A stretch of 64,000 nt of DNA from an uncultured Anaerolineales bacterium (GCA_937952305.1 CALFZO010000139.1:36355-100354); one strand, 5' to 3'. Shown: positions 19,635 through 27,665, counted from the first letter of the stretch. The notes: a model not told the origin generated them from the letters alone. Made by a program: numbers and translations.

Positions 19635-20780
19635 TTAATGAGTGTAGGGGTCGGCCGCGTCGCGCAGGCCGTCGCCGACCAGGTTGAACGCGAGCACGGC
19701 GACGATGACGACGAGGCCCGGAACGAGCAGCCACGGCGCCAGGGCCACGGTCTGGATGTTCTGGGCCTCCTGGAGCAGCACGCCCCAGCTGATGGCCGGC
19801 GGCCGCAGCCCCAGCCCGAGGAAGCTCAGCGAGGTCTCATTGATGATCATGACCGGAATCGCCAGCGTGCTGGTGGCGATGATATGGCTCATGAAGGTCG
19901 GGACCATGTGCCGGGTGATGATGCGCATCCGGCTGCAGCCGGCCAGCTCGGCGGCCAGGACGAAGTCCTCTTCGCGGAGCGCCAGGAAGCGCCCGCGCAC
20001 CTCGCGCGCCAGGGTGGTCCAGCCGAGCAGCGACAGGATGAGCGTGATGGCAAAGAAGACCTGTTCCGGGCGCCAGTCCTGGGGCAAGGCGGCCGTCAGC
20101 GCCAGCCAGATCGGGATCGTGGGCAGCGATTGCAGCAGCTCGACCAGCCGCTGGATGATCAGGTCCGGCAGGCCGCCGAAGTAGCCGGAGATGCCGCCCA
20201 GGATCACGCCCAGCACGATGCTGAACGCCACCGCGATCATGCCGATCGTCATGGACGTGCGCGTGCCGAACATCAGCCGCGACCATTGGTCGCGCCCGAG
20301 CCGGTCTGTGCCCAGCAGGTACAGCCGGTCTTTGGCGTCGCCGCTGGCCGGGCCGAGCAGATGCCGGTCGGTCTCGATCAGGCCCAGCAGTTTGTAAGGC
20401 TCGCCCTGGACGAAGACGCCGACCGGGATCCGGCGGGTCTCGTCCACCTGCCACTCCATGCGCAGCGTGATCGCATTGCGCTTACCCGCGACCGCCGGCG
20501 CCCACAACCCCAGCTGGCCCGCATTGAACAGGTGGAGCGGTTGCGCCGGGATAAAAGCCTGCTTGGCGTCAGTGGCTTCGGGGTCCTGGGTCGCGAAGAA
20601 ATCCGGCACCAGCACGACGAGGTAAAAGCCGATCAGGAGCAGGGTGCAGAACAGGGCCAGGCGGTGCTTGCGGAAACGCCACCAGACCAGCGTCCAGTTG
20701 GAGGCGACCGAGACGCGCTCCTCGGCGGCGGTGGCGGCCAATTCGGCCTCGGGCGGCGCAGCGGCGGTCGGGCTGCTCAT
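19635..20780 (-). CDS. Opp/Dpp-type ABC transporter permease (OppC/DppC-like)
   Basis: Polytopic membrane protein. The C-terminus ...VAVLAFNLVGDGLRDAADPYTH is typical of DppC/OppC. I chose the start at MSSPTAA (20780), which overlaps the upstream stop (ATGA). The ORF-track start at 21299 is an extension. Confidence 0.8.
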   Translation of the reverse strand: MSSPTAAAPPEAELAATAAEERVSVASNWTLVWWRFRKHRLALFCTLLLIGFYLVVLVPDFFATQDPEATDAKQAFIPAQPLHLFNAGQLGLWAPAVAGKRNAITLRMEWQVDETRRIPVGVFVQGEPYKLLGLIETDRHLLGPASGDAKDRLYLLGTDRLGRDQWSRLMFGTRTSMTIGMIAVAFSIVLGVILGGISGYFGGLPDLIIQRLVELLQSLPTIPIWLALTAALPQDWRPEQVFFAITLILSLLGWTTLAREVRGRFLALREEDFVLAAELAGCSRMRIITRHMVPTFMSHIIATSTLAIPVMIINETSLSFLGLGLRPPAISWGVLLQEAQNIQTVALAPWLLVPGLVVIVAVLAFNLVGDGLRDAADPYTH

Positions 20781-21772
20781 GCCTTGGCTCCCTCCATGCG
20801 GATGCGCGGGTCCAGCAGGGCGAGCAGAATGTCCGAGATCAGCGTACCGACGATGGTCAGGAAGCAGTAAATGAAGAGGATGCTGCCGGCCAGGTACATG
20901 TCCTGGCTGGTGAGCGCCCGCAGGAGCAGAGGCCCGATATTGGGCAGGTTCATGACCGTCGCCACGATCAGGCTGCCGGAGAAGAGCTGCGGCAAATACC
21001 AGCCGATGGTGCTGACGAGCGGGTTGAGGGCCAGGCGGACCGGGTACTTGAGCACCAGGCGCCATTCCGAGAGGCCCTTGGCGCGGGCGGTGACCACGTA
21101 GGGCTTCGTCATCTCGTCCAGCAGGTTGGCGCGCATGACCCGGGTCAGCCGGGCGGTGCCGGCCACGCCCAGGATGATCATGGGCAGCCAGATGTGTTTC
21201 AGGAGATCGACAAAGCGCGCCCAGCCCCACGGCGCATCGATGAACTCCGGCGAGAACAGGCCGGTGACGCTCAGGCCCAGGGCGCTGTAGGCGACCCACA
21301 TCAAGATCAAGGCCAGCATGAAATTGGGCGTCGCCACGCCGATGTAGTTCAGGACCGTAAAGATGTAATCCACACCCGAATGCGGATGGGTGGCCGAGAA
21401 GATCCCGGCCGGGATGGCCACGGCCCAGGTGAAGACGAACGAGAATAAGGCCAGGAGCACGGTGAGCACCAGGCGCTCGCCGATCAGCTCTATGTTGGGC
21501 CGCTGGTATTCCAGCGAGAGGCCCAGATTGCCCTGAAGGATGTGCTCCATCCAGCGCAGGTACTGAATATGGACGGGTTCGTCCAGGCCGAACTGCTGCC
21601 GCAGCGCCACCACCTGGGCCTCATCCACGGATGAGCCCGACGAGGCCAGCGTGGCCAGATAGCTGTCCAGGAAGTCACCCGGCGGCGCCTGGATCAGGAT
21701 AAACACGACCACCGAGAACACGAACAGCAGCACCGGCAGCAAGAGCAGGCGTTGAACGATGAAGCGCAGCAC
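20777..21772 (-). CDS. Opp/Dpp-type ABC transporter permease (OppB/DppB-like)
   Basis: LRFIVQRLLLLPVLLFVFSVVVF is a typical DppB N-terminus. I preferred the GTG at 21772 (GAGGAG RBS 8 nt upstream) over the GTG at 21781, which lies inside the RBS. Confidence 0.8.
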   Translation of the reverse strand: MLRFIVQRLLLLPVLLFVFSVVVFILIQAPPGDFLDSYLATLASSGSSVDEAQVVALRQQFGLDEPVHIQYLRWMEHILQGNLGLSLEYQRPNIELIGERLVLTVLLALFSFVFTWAVAIPAGIFSATHPHSGVDYIFTVLNYIGVATPNFMLALILMWVAYSALGLSVTGLFSPEFIDAPWGWARFVDLLKHIWLPMIILGVAGTARLTRVMRANLLDEMTKPYVVTARAKGLSEWRLVLKYPVRLALNPLVSTIGWYLPQLFSGSLIVATVMNLPNIGPLLLRALTSQDMYLAGSILFIYCFLTIVGTLISDILLALLDPRIRMEGAKA

Positions 21773-21794
21773 GCGGCACACTCCTCGAGGCCGG

Positions 21795-21826
21795 GGAGGC
21801 CCCCGCCGGCAGGCGCGGGGGCCTCC
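21795..21826 (-). other. Intercistronic GC-rich stem-loop after the binding-protein gene
   Basis: GGAGGCCCCCGC-N8-GCGGGGGCCTCC is a perfect 12-bp inverted repeat, lying between the SBP stop (21843) and the permease start. Confidence 0.6.
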
Positions 21827-21842
21827 GCTCAGGCGCTAACGG

Positions 21843-23861
21843 TTACGGCTGCTCGAAGAACCACTGCTCCGGCCGGGCGTTGCCGGGCGTGCGCAGCGGC
21901 CAGTCGTTGCCAAGTTGCGTGGGGATGTTGTGGAGGCTGTTGTTGACCACCACCACGCCCTGCACCATCGGGGACAGGCCCAGGATGCTGACCTCATAGA
22001 CCTGGTCCACCCAGTGGGTGTAGAGCTCTTTGGCCAGTTCCACCTGCTCGTCCGGGCTGGCGGACTTGGCTGAGTCGATGATGTCGACGATCTTCTGCAG
22101 CTCGGCGGTGGGCGCCATGCCTTCCTTGCCGCCGGAGTTGTACCAGGTCCGGGTCAGCGGGGCCAAAGCCAGGCCGGGGCTGACGCGCGGGTCATACTTG
22201 GGCGCGCCCGTGAACGGGAAGCCGCCCGTGTCCTGGTTCCAGATCTCGGTCTGGATGTCATTGCTCTCGCGCATCTGGAAGTGCAGCGCGCGCTCGCGGA
22301 CCTGGACGATGGTCTTGATGCCGACCGCTTCCCAGTTCTGGGCGACCAGCTGGGCCACATCCGGCCACGGGCCGAAGGCCGGCACCACCGAGATTTCGAT
22401 CGTCACGGCCTTGTCGGTGCCGGGATACAGGCGGTAGCCCTCCGCGTCCTTCGCGGTCAACCCGATGCCGTCCAGCAGAGCGTTGGCCTTATCCGGATCG
22501 TACTCGGTGTACTTGTGGGCCACGTCGTCGCCGGGGTAGTACGGGTGCCAGGGCGCGGCCACGGACTGGCGCGGTTCGCCCAAGCCCAGGAAAGCCGCCT
22601 CCTGGATTTCACTGCGATTGGTGGCGTAGGACAGCGCGATGCGGAAATCGCGCGTGCGCATCAGGTTGCCCAGGTCCTCGTCCTTGACGTAGGTCTGGTT
22701 GAACATGACCACCGCATCGGCGCCGCCAAAGCCCGGCCAGGTGATGATGTGGTACTTGCCCTGCTGCTCGCTTTCCTTGAGCACCGGGTAGTTCATCAGG
22801 TTCATGTGGCGGTCTTGCATGTCCAGCTCGCCCGCGATGCCGGCCAGGTTGAGGGCCTGGGCATCGGCGAAGAACGTGAAGCGGAGCTCGTCGATGTAGG
22901 GCAGCTGGTTGCCGGCCGTGTCCACGGCGATGAAGTACGGGTTGCGCTTGAGCGTGAAGATCTGGTCGCTGATGCGGGTCTCAGACACCCAGGCCGCCAT
23001 GGTCGGCCGGTCCGGGTTCTCAAATGGGGCGTTCTTGCTGGCGAACAGCTCGACCCAGGTCTTGAACTGCGCCTCGGCCACGAGCTTGTCGAGATCGGCC
23101 TGGGGCGTGAAATTGGGGTGGAACTGGGCGAGGTAGTGGCCGGGCAGGAACGGCGCGAAGGTGCGGTCGCCGCCGTCCTTGTTGGCCAGCTCGTACAGGA
23201 ACAAGCTGTTCGGCTCGTTGTAGGTGAAGCGGACGGTGTACGCGTCCACCTTCTCAACCTTGGCCACCGACCCGTCGGCGTTCTTCATCCACTTGGGCAG
23301 CGCCGGGGTGATGTCCGCGTTGAGCAGGACGTTGTCGTACCACCACAGGATGTCATCGGCCGTGAACGGCGCGCCGTCGGACCACTTGGCGCCTTCGCGC
23401 AGCAGGATGGTCCAGACTTTGTAGTCAGCCGAGCTTTCCCAGCCCAGAGCGATCTTGGGCTCGACGGTGCTGCCGTCCGGCGAGAAGCGGACCAGCGCGT
23501 CGTACATCACCCGGACGTAGTTGTTGTAGTCCGAAGGGCCGGTGAAGCCGCGGCGCCAGACGCCGCCGTATTGGCCGACCTCTTCGAACGGCTCGATGAC
23601 GAGGGGCTCGACGGGCAGGCGCTCCGCGACCGGAGGCAGCGTGCCGGCCGCGACCAACTCGGCCAGCATGGGGGCTTCGCTGTAGGCGGGGGCGGCGACC
23701 TCAGTGTCGGCCGGGGCGGCGGTGGGCTGAGGCGCCTGGGTGTCCGCCGGAGCCGCGGTCGGCTGGGGGGCCTGCGTGGCGGCCGGCTGGGCCGTCGGGG
23801 TGGCGCAGGCGCTTACGATCAGAGCGAGGACTGTCAGGACATAGAGCAGCTGGCGTTTCAT
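21843..23861 (-). CDS. ABC transporter substrate-binding lipoprotein, family 5 (Opp/Dpp type)
   Basis: Lipoprotein signal MKRQLLYVLTVLALIVSAC, a Pro/Ala/Thr/Gln linker, then a family-5 SBP-like body of about 670 aa. GAGGAG RBS precedes the start. The ORF-track start at 23978 is an extension. Confidence 0.8.
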   Translation of the reverse strand: MKRQLLYVLTVLALIVSACATPTAQPAATQAPQPTAAPADTQAPQPTAAPADTEVAAPAYSEAPMLAELVAAGTLPPVAERLPVEPLVIEPFEEVGQYGGVWRRGFTGPSDYNNYVRVMYDALVRFSPDGSTVEPKIALGWESSADYKVWTILLREGAKWSDGAPFTADDILWWYDNVLLNADITPALPKWMKNADGSVAKVEKVDAYTVRFTYNEPNSLFLYELANKDGGDRTFAPFLPGHYLAQFHPNFTPQADLDKLVAEAQFKTWVELFASKNAPFENPDRPTMAAWVSETRISDQIFTLKRNPYFIAVDTAGNQLPYIDELRFTFFADAQALNLAGIAGELDMQDRHMNLMNYPVLKESEQQGKYHIITWPGFGGADAVVMFNQTYVKDEDLGNLMRTRDFRIALSYATNRSEIQEAAFLGLGEPRQSVAAPWHPYYPGDDVAHKYTEYDPDKANALLDGIGLTAKDAEGYRLYPGTDKAVTIEISVVPAFGPWPDVAQLVAQNWEAVGIKTIVQVRERALHFQMRESNDIQTEIWNQDTGGFPFTGAPKYDPRVSPGLALAPLTRTWYNSGGKEGMAPTAELQKIVDIIDSAKSASPDEQVELAKELYTHWVDQVYEVSILGLSPMVQGVVVVNNSLHNIPTQLGNDWPLRTPGNARPEQWFFEQP
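23706..23777 (-). repeat. Two tandem 36-nt units encoding the TQAPQPTAAPAD linker repeat
   Basis: The direct repeat is visible in both DNA and protein (TQAPQPTAAPAD twice), just after the lipobox Cys of the SBP. Confidence 0.7.
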
Positions 23862-23944
23862 GGGTTCTCCTCGAATTACTGCTCGGTTGAGTGGGGCCGA
23901 CAGGCGCAGTAGAACTGGACGCGATGGGCGCCTCCTTGTCGCAT

Positions 23945-24382
23945 TTAAGCCGGCGGTTGGACTTGATCGAAATCCCAATCGTTCTGGACGCAGACGGCCC
24001 GGACGTGCTCAGCCCAGGTCGGCTCGAGAGCCGGCCGCCCGCCGACGAAGCAGTCCACGCACAGGTAGCGCAGGGTCGCCTCGCCCTGGGCTTGGATGCG
24101 ATGCCAGACGCCGGGCGGGACCCGGACCAGATCACCCGCCTGGACCGGCAGAGGCTGGACCGGTTCGGCGATCTCCAGCACGCCGCGGCCCTCCAGGATG
24201 TAGAAGACCTGTTCCGTGTCCGGGTGCTGGTGGCGGGGCGGCGCCTCGCCCGGGGCCAGCACCACAAAGAAAGCCTCCGCCGTGGCGGCCTCGGCCCGGT
24301 CCAGGATCAGGTCGTTGACGTGGGTTGGAAAGCGATAACGGCGGGCCGCCGCCCCGGGGAAGACGTAGCGGGTCTCAGGCAT
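23945..24382 (-). CDS. Cupin-domain protein
   Basis: 145 aa with the cupin metal motif PPRHQHPDTEQVFYILEGRG ... VPPGVWHRI. Confidence 0.7.
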   Translation of the reverse strand: MPETRYVFPGAAARRYRFPTHVNDLILDRAEAATAEAFFVVLAPGEAPPRHQHPDTEQVFYILEGRGVLEIAEPVQPLPVQAGDLVRVPPGVWHRIQAQGEATLRYLCVDCFVGGRPALEPTWAEHVRAVCVQNDWDFDQVQPPA

Positions 24383-25403
24383 GGCGGGCTTCCTGCGCGA
24401 CGCGGACGAGGGCGTCCAGGGAGGCCGCTGGCGTGTCCGGGCTGACGCCGCCGCCGGCCGAGAGGACCAGCCGCCGGTCGTCGGTCTTCTGGCGGCATTC
24501 CCGCGCCCAGGCTTCCACTTGCGCCGGCTGGCCGCGCGCCATCACATCCAGCGGCGGCACATTCCCCATGAGGGTCTTGGTCGGCATCTGAGCCGCCACT
24601 GTGGCGATGTCCTGGGTGTGGCTGAAGTTGAAGACCTCGAAGGGGAGCGTGCTGAACGGCGTCACCAGGTGCGGGCAGGGCGTGTCGTTGTGGTAGACGC
24701 GGATCAGGCCCTCAAAAGCCTCGAACAGGCGCGTGAAGTGCGACCGGGCCTGGGTCTCAAACATCTTGGGCGAGATCAGGCCGGCCAGGTCGTCCAGCAC
24801 CAGGATCCCCTGCGGCTCACGCAGCGTCTCCAACTGGGCGCGCAGCCAGTGGATGCAGAGCGTGGTCAGGTTCGTCAGCAGGCGCTCCATCTCAGCTGGG
24901 TGCGTCTTGAGCGCCATCATCAAGTCCGTGATGCCCAGCAGCCAGCCGGCCACGGCCAGCGGCCCGCGCGCTGCCACCATGTGGACGCTCACGCCTTCGG
25001 CGGCCAGCCGCGCGACGGCATCCGAGTAGCGGCTGAGGACGAGCGGCATCAGGCCGTGCTCACGCGGGTCCGGCACCGGCAGTTCCAGCAGCGCGCCCAG
25101 ACCGCCGGGCACCGGCTCAAGGGAGGGCGGCTGTTTGGGATGCCAGAGCACGCGGGCCCCATAAGCCGACGGCTCGGCGGCCATGCCGTATTCCACCCAG
25201 AAACCCGGGATCCAGGCCACGTCCGGAAAGCGGCTCAGCAGGCCGAGGTTGATCCGCAGCCATTCGTCATTCCGCGCGAAGTAATCGACTGTGTTCAGGC
25301 CGGCGTAGCCGGGCAGCCAGGGGCTGTCCACGATCAGGGCCACTGGCGGCTGGGGGAGGGCCTCCCCGCGCGCCGCACAGACGAAGCGTTGCCAGGGGGT
25401 CAT
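24375..25403 (-). CDS. URO-D/MtaA-superfamily protein, paralog 5
   Basis: About 342 aa with URO-D-like barrel length and N-terminus (MTPWQRFVCAARGEALPQPPVAL). It has YHND at the H-x-C position. The start overlaps the LacI stop (ATGA). Confidence 0.5.
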   Translation of the reverse strand: MTPWQRFVCAARGEALPQPPVALIVDSPWLPGYAGLNTVDYFARNDEWLRINLGLLSRFPDVAWIPGFWVEYGMAAEPSAYGARVLWHPKQPPSLEPVPGGLGALLELPVPDPREHGLMPLVLSRYSDAVARLAAEGVSVHMVAARGPLAVAGWLLGITDLMMALKTHPAEMERLLTNLTTLCIHWLRAQLETLREPQGILVLDDLAGLISPKMFETQARSHFTRLFEAFEGLIRVYHNDTPCPHLVTPFSTLPFEVFNFSHTQDIATVAAQMPTKTLMGNVPPLDVMARGQPAQVEAWARECRQKTDDRRLVLSAGGGVSPDTPAASLDALVRVAQEARHA

Positions 25404-26443
25404 CCCGAATGTCCGCTGGGGGCCGGGCCGGTGGAGGCGCGGACGATGAGCGCGCTTTCCACCAGCGTGTAGCTCTCGTCCGGCGGCGCATCATCCTGCA
25501 GCATGCGCCGGAGCGTCTTCATCGCCAGGCGTCCGAGATGGTATTTGGGCTGGGAGATCGTGGTGAGCGGCGGATTGGCATGCGCGGCCATCGGAATATC
25601 ATCCGTGCCGATGACGGAGAGGTCCTCCGGAACGCGCACACCCTGGACGCGCGCCGCTTGCAGCGCGCCCAGGGCCATCAGATCGTTGTAGGCGATGACG
25701 GCGGTGGGGCGCTGCGAGACGGGCAGAGCCAGCAGCGCGCTCATCGCCTGAAAACCGCCGTCGACGCTGGGGAAGCCGCCGGGACAGAATTCCGCGGGCA
25801 GCGTCAGGCCCGCGTCCTTCAGCGCTGCCTCGATGCCGAGGCGCCGGGCCTGGGAAGTCTCCGACGAACCGGGACCGGGCAGATAGGCGATGCGGGTGTG
25901 GTGCAGGTCCAGCAGATGGCAGGTGGTCCGGTACGTGGCGGCCTGAAAGTCAACCCCGACGCAAGCCACGTTGGACAGCCGCACGGAGCGGTTGATCATC
26001 ACCATCGGCGCCCGCAGGTAGCGGCGGATCCCGGCCAGGTCTTTGGTCGCCAGGATGCGCGAGCCGAGCACGATGACGCCCAGGACCTGCTGGCTGGCCA
26101 GCCGGCGCAGGAAGCGTTCCTCCCGCTGGGGGTTTTCCATGGTGTCCAGCAGGATCGGCATGAACTCGTCAATACCGATCTCATCCTGCACGCCGCGCAC
26201 AACTTCGGCGAAATATGGGTTGAGTATGTCCGGAATGAGCAGCGCGATCAGGCCCTGCCGCGCGGCTGAGGGGGCGCGCGGCGTCAGGGTGTAGCCAAGC
26301 TCGGCGACAGACGCCAGCACGCGAACGCGCACCTCCTCGCTGACCGGGGTCGTGCTGTTTAGGACCCGGGAGACCGTGGACGCTGAGACACCGGCCCGAC
26401 GGGCCACATCCCCGATCTTTGGACGGATTGTCTTTGTGCTCAT
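25400..26443 (-). CDS. LacI-family transcriptional regulator
   Basis: N-terminal HTH IGDVARRAGVSASTVSRVLN plus a periplasmic-binding-protein-like sugar domain. It is the first cistron of the minus-strand run. Confidence 0.9.
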   Translation of the reverse strand: MSTKTIRPKIGDVARRAGVSASTVSRVLNSTTPVSEEVRVRVLASVAELGYTLTPRAPSAARQGLIALLIPDILNPYFAEVVRGVQDEIGIDEFMPILLDTMENPQREERFLRRLASQQVLGVIVLGSRILATKDLAGIRRYLRAPMVMINRSVRLSNVACVGVDFQAATYRTTCHLLDLHHTRIAYLPGPGSSETSQARRLGIEAALKDAGLTLPAEFCPGGFPSVDGGFQAMSALLALPVSQRPTAVIAYNDLMALGALQAARVQGVRVPEDLSVIGTDDIPMAAHANPPLTTISQPKYHLGRLAMKTLRRMLQDDAPPDESYTLVESALIVRASTGPAPSGHSG

Positions 26444-26556
26444 CTCAGGCCGATCCTGACGGACAGAATATACGTAGACGGCTGAAAGAGACTGGCTTCT
26501 GTTGAAAAACCTGGCTTTGTTTCAGGAGTATTTCATGATCAAGGAGCCGGCAACAA

Positions 26557-26570
26557 GTGACGTTTGTCAC
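26557..26570. promoter_or_regulatory. Inverted repeat GTGAC-N4-GTCAC in the divergent control region (weak operator candidate)
   Basis: Seen directly in the 180-bp AT-richer spacer between the LacI gene and the methyltransferase gene. It does not fit the classical CG-centred LacI operator well. Confidence 0.2.
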
Positions 26571-26623
26571 AATAGGATGGCCGCGGGCGCTCTCTACACT
26601 AATGCAACCCCAAGGAGATCTCG

Positions 26624-27493
26624 ATGGCCACAAACCTGACCACCCGCCTGACATTCAAGGGTCACACGGTCGAAATTAGCCGAGATCGGCCCGTCATTAT
26701 GATTGGGGAGCGCATCAACCCGACCGGACGCAAAGAGATGCTGCTGGCGTTGGAGGCTGGGGATTTTGAGGCCGTCCGCCGTGACGCTCTGGCCCAGGTG
26801 GAGGCGGGCGCGGCCGTCCTCGACGTGAACGCGGGCGTGCCGGGCGCCGACGAGCCGGCGCTCCTGGCACGCGTCCTGGAAACGACCATGGCCGCCGTGT
26901 CGGCGCCGCTGGCGATTGACACGGCCAACCCGGAGGCGTTAGAGGCCGCGCTTCGGCTTTATCCCGGCAAGGCGCTGGTGAATTCGGTCAACGGCGAGGC
27001 GCGCGCGCTCGAGACCGTGTTGCCCCTGGTAAAGGCGCATGGCGCGGCCGTCATCGGTCTCTGCATCGACGACGACGGGATTCCGCCGACGCCGGAGGCG
27101 CGCGTGAAGGTGGCCGAGAAGATCCTGAACCGGGCCGGCCAGCTCGGCCTGGCGGCGGAAGACGTTGTGATCGATCCCTTGGCGATGGCCCTCGCCGCGG
27201 ACAGCCGCGCGGCCAGGGTGACACTGCAGACGATTGAGCTGGTGGTGCGCGAGTTCGGCGTGAACGTGACGCTGGGAGCCAGCAACGTTTCCCACGGCCT
27301 GCCGGACCGCAAATACATCAACGCCGCCTTCATGGCGTTGGCCCTGCAGGCCGGTGTGACCTGCCCGATCACGAACCCGCTGATCCAGGAAGTGAGCGCC
27401 GCCGTGCTGGCCACCGATCTTTGCCTGGGCCGCGATCCGGACAGTCGCCGCTGGATCAAGGCTTATCGGCGGCGACAACCGAAGAAGGTCTGA
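26624..27493 (+). CDS. Methyltetrahydrofolate:corrinoid methyltransferase-like (pterin-binding domain, MeTr/MtvA type)
   Basis: Motifs of a DHPS-like pterin-binding barrel: IMIGERINPTGRK, LDVNAG, IDTANPEALEAAL, LVNSVNGE, SNVSHGLP. AAGGAGA RBS lies 5 nt upstream. Confidence 0.8.
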   Translation: MATNLTTRLTFKGHTVEISRDRPVIMIGERINPTGRKEMLLALEAGDFEAVRRDALAQVEAGAAVLDVNAGVPGADEPALLARVLETTMAAVSAPLAIDTANPEALEAALRLYPGKALVNSVNGEARALETVLPLVKAHGAAVIGLCIDDDGIPPTPEARVKVAEKILNRAGQLGLAAEDVVIDPLAMALAADSRAARVTLQTIELVVREFGVNVTLGASNVSHGLPDRKYINAAFMALALQAGVTCPITNPLIQEVSAAVLATDLCLGRDPDSRRWIKAYRRRQPKKV

Positions 27494-27602
27494 AGCGAAC
27501 GCGCGGCGGCCGCAGCCACCCGCGGCCAGCCGTTAGCGGAATTGCGTTGCGCCCCCGGCGGCCGCGCCTCCGCTGCGCCCGACGCGCTGTCCCGCCAAAC
27601 AA

Positions 27603-27636
27603 CCCGCCTCCGGTGTCGGGCTGCACCGGAGGCGGG
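27603..27636. terminator. Hairpin terminator between convergent genes (glmS side has the U-rich tail)
   Basis: CCCGCCTCCGGTG-N8-CACCGGAGGCGGG is a perfect 13-bp stem. On the minus strand it is followed by TTGTTTGG. Confidence 0.65.
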
Positions 27637-27665
27637 CACTCTAGCGATTAGTCAAACACCGGCGC

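Noticed and set aside
23706-23777. A tandem 36-nt repeat, considered as a possible regulatory or CRISPR-like repeat.
   Set aside because: There are only two copies, they are in frame, and they encode a Pro/Ala/Thr/Gln linker right after the lipoprotein Cys. This is ordinary low-complexity linker duplication.
26444-26623. A possible cobalamin riboswitch upstream of the corrinoid-linked methyltransferase.
   Set aside because: The spacer is only 180 bp and is shared with a divergent promoter. I could find no B12-box-like GCCACTG core or the expected multi-stem architecture.
26535-26639. A 34-codon upstream ORF (MIKEPATSDVCHNR...) with an AGGAG-like RBS, overlapping the methyltransferase start.
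   Set aside because: Its third-codon-position GC is far lower than in the real genes here, and it simply spans the AT-rich promoter region. There is no evidence beyond an ATG and a stop.
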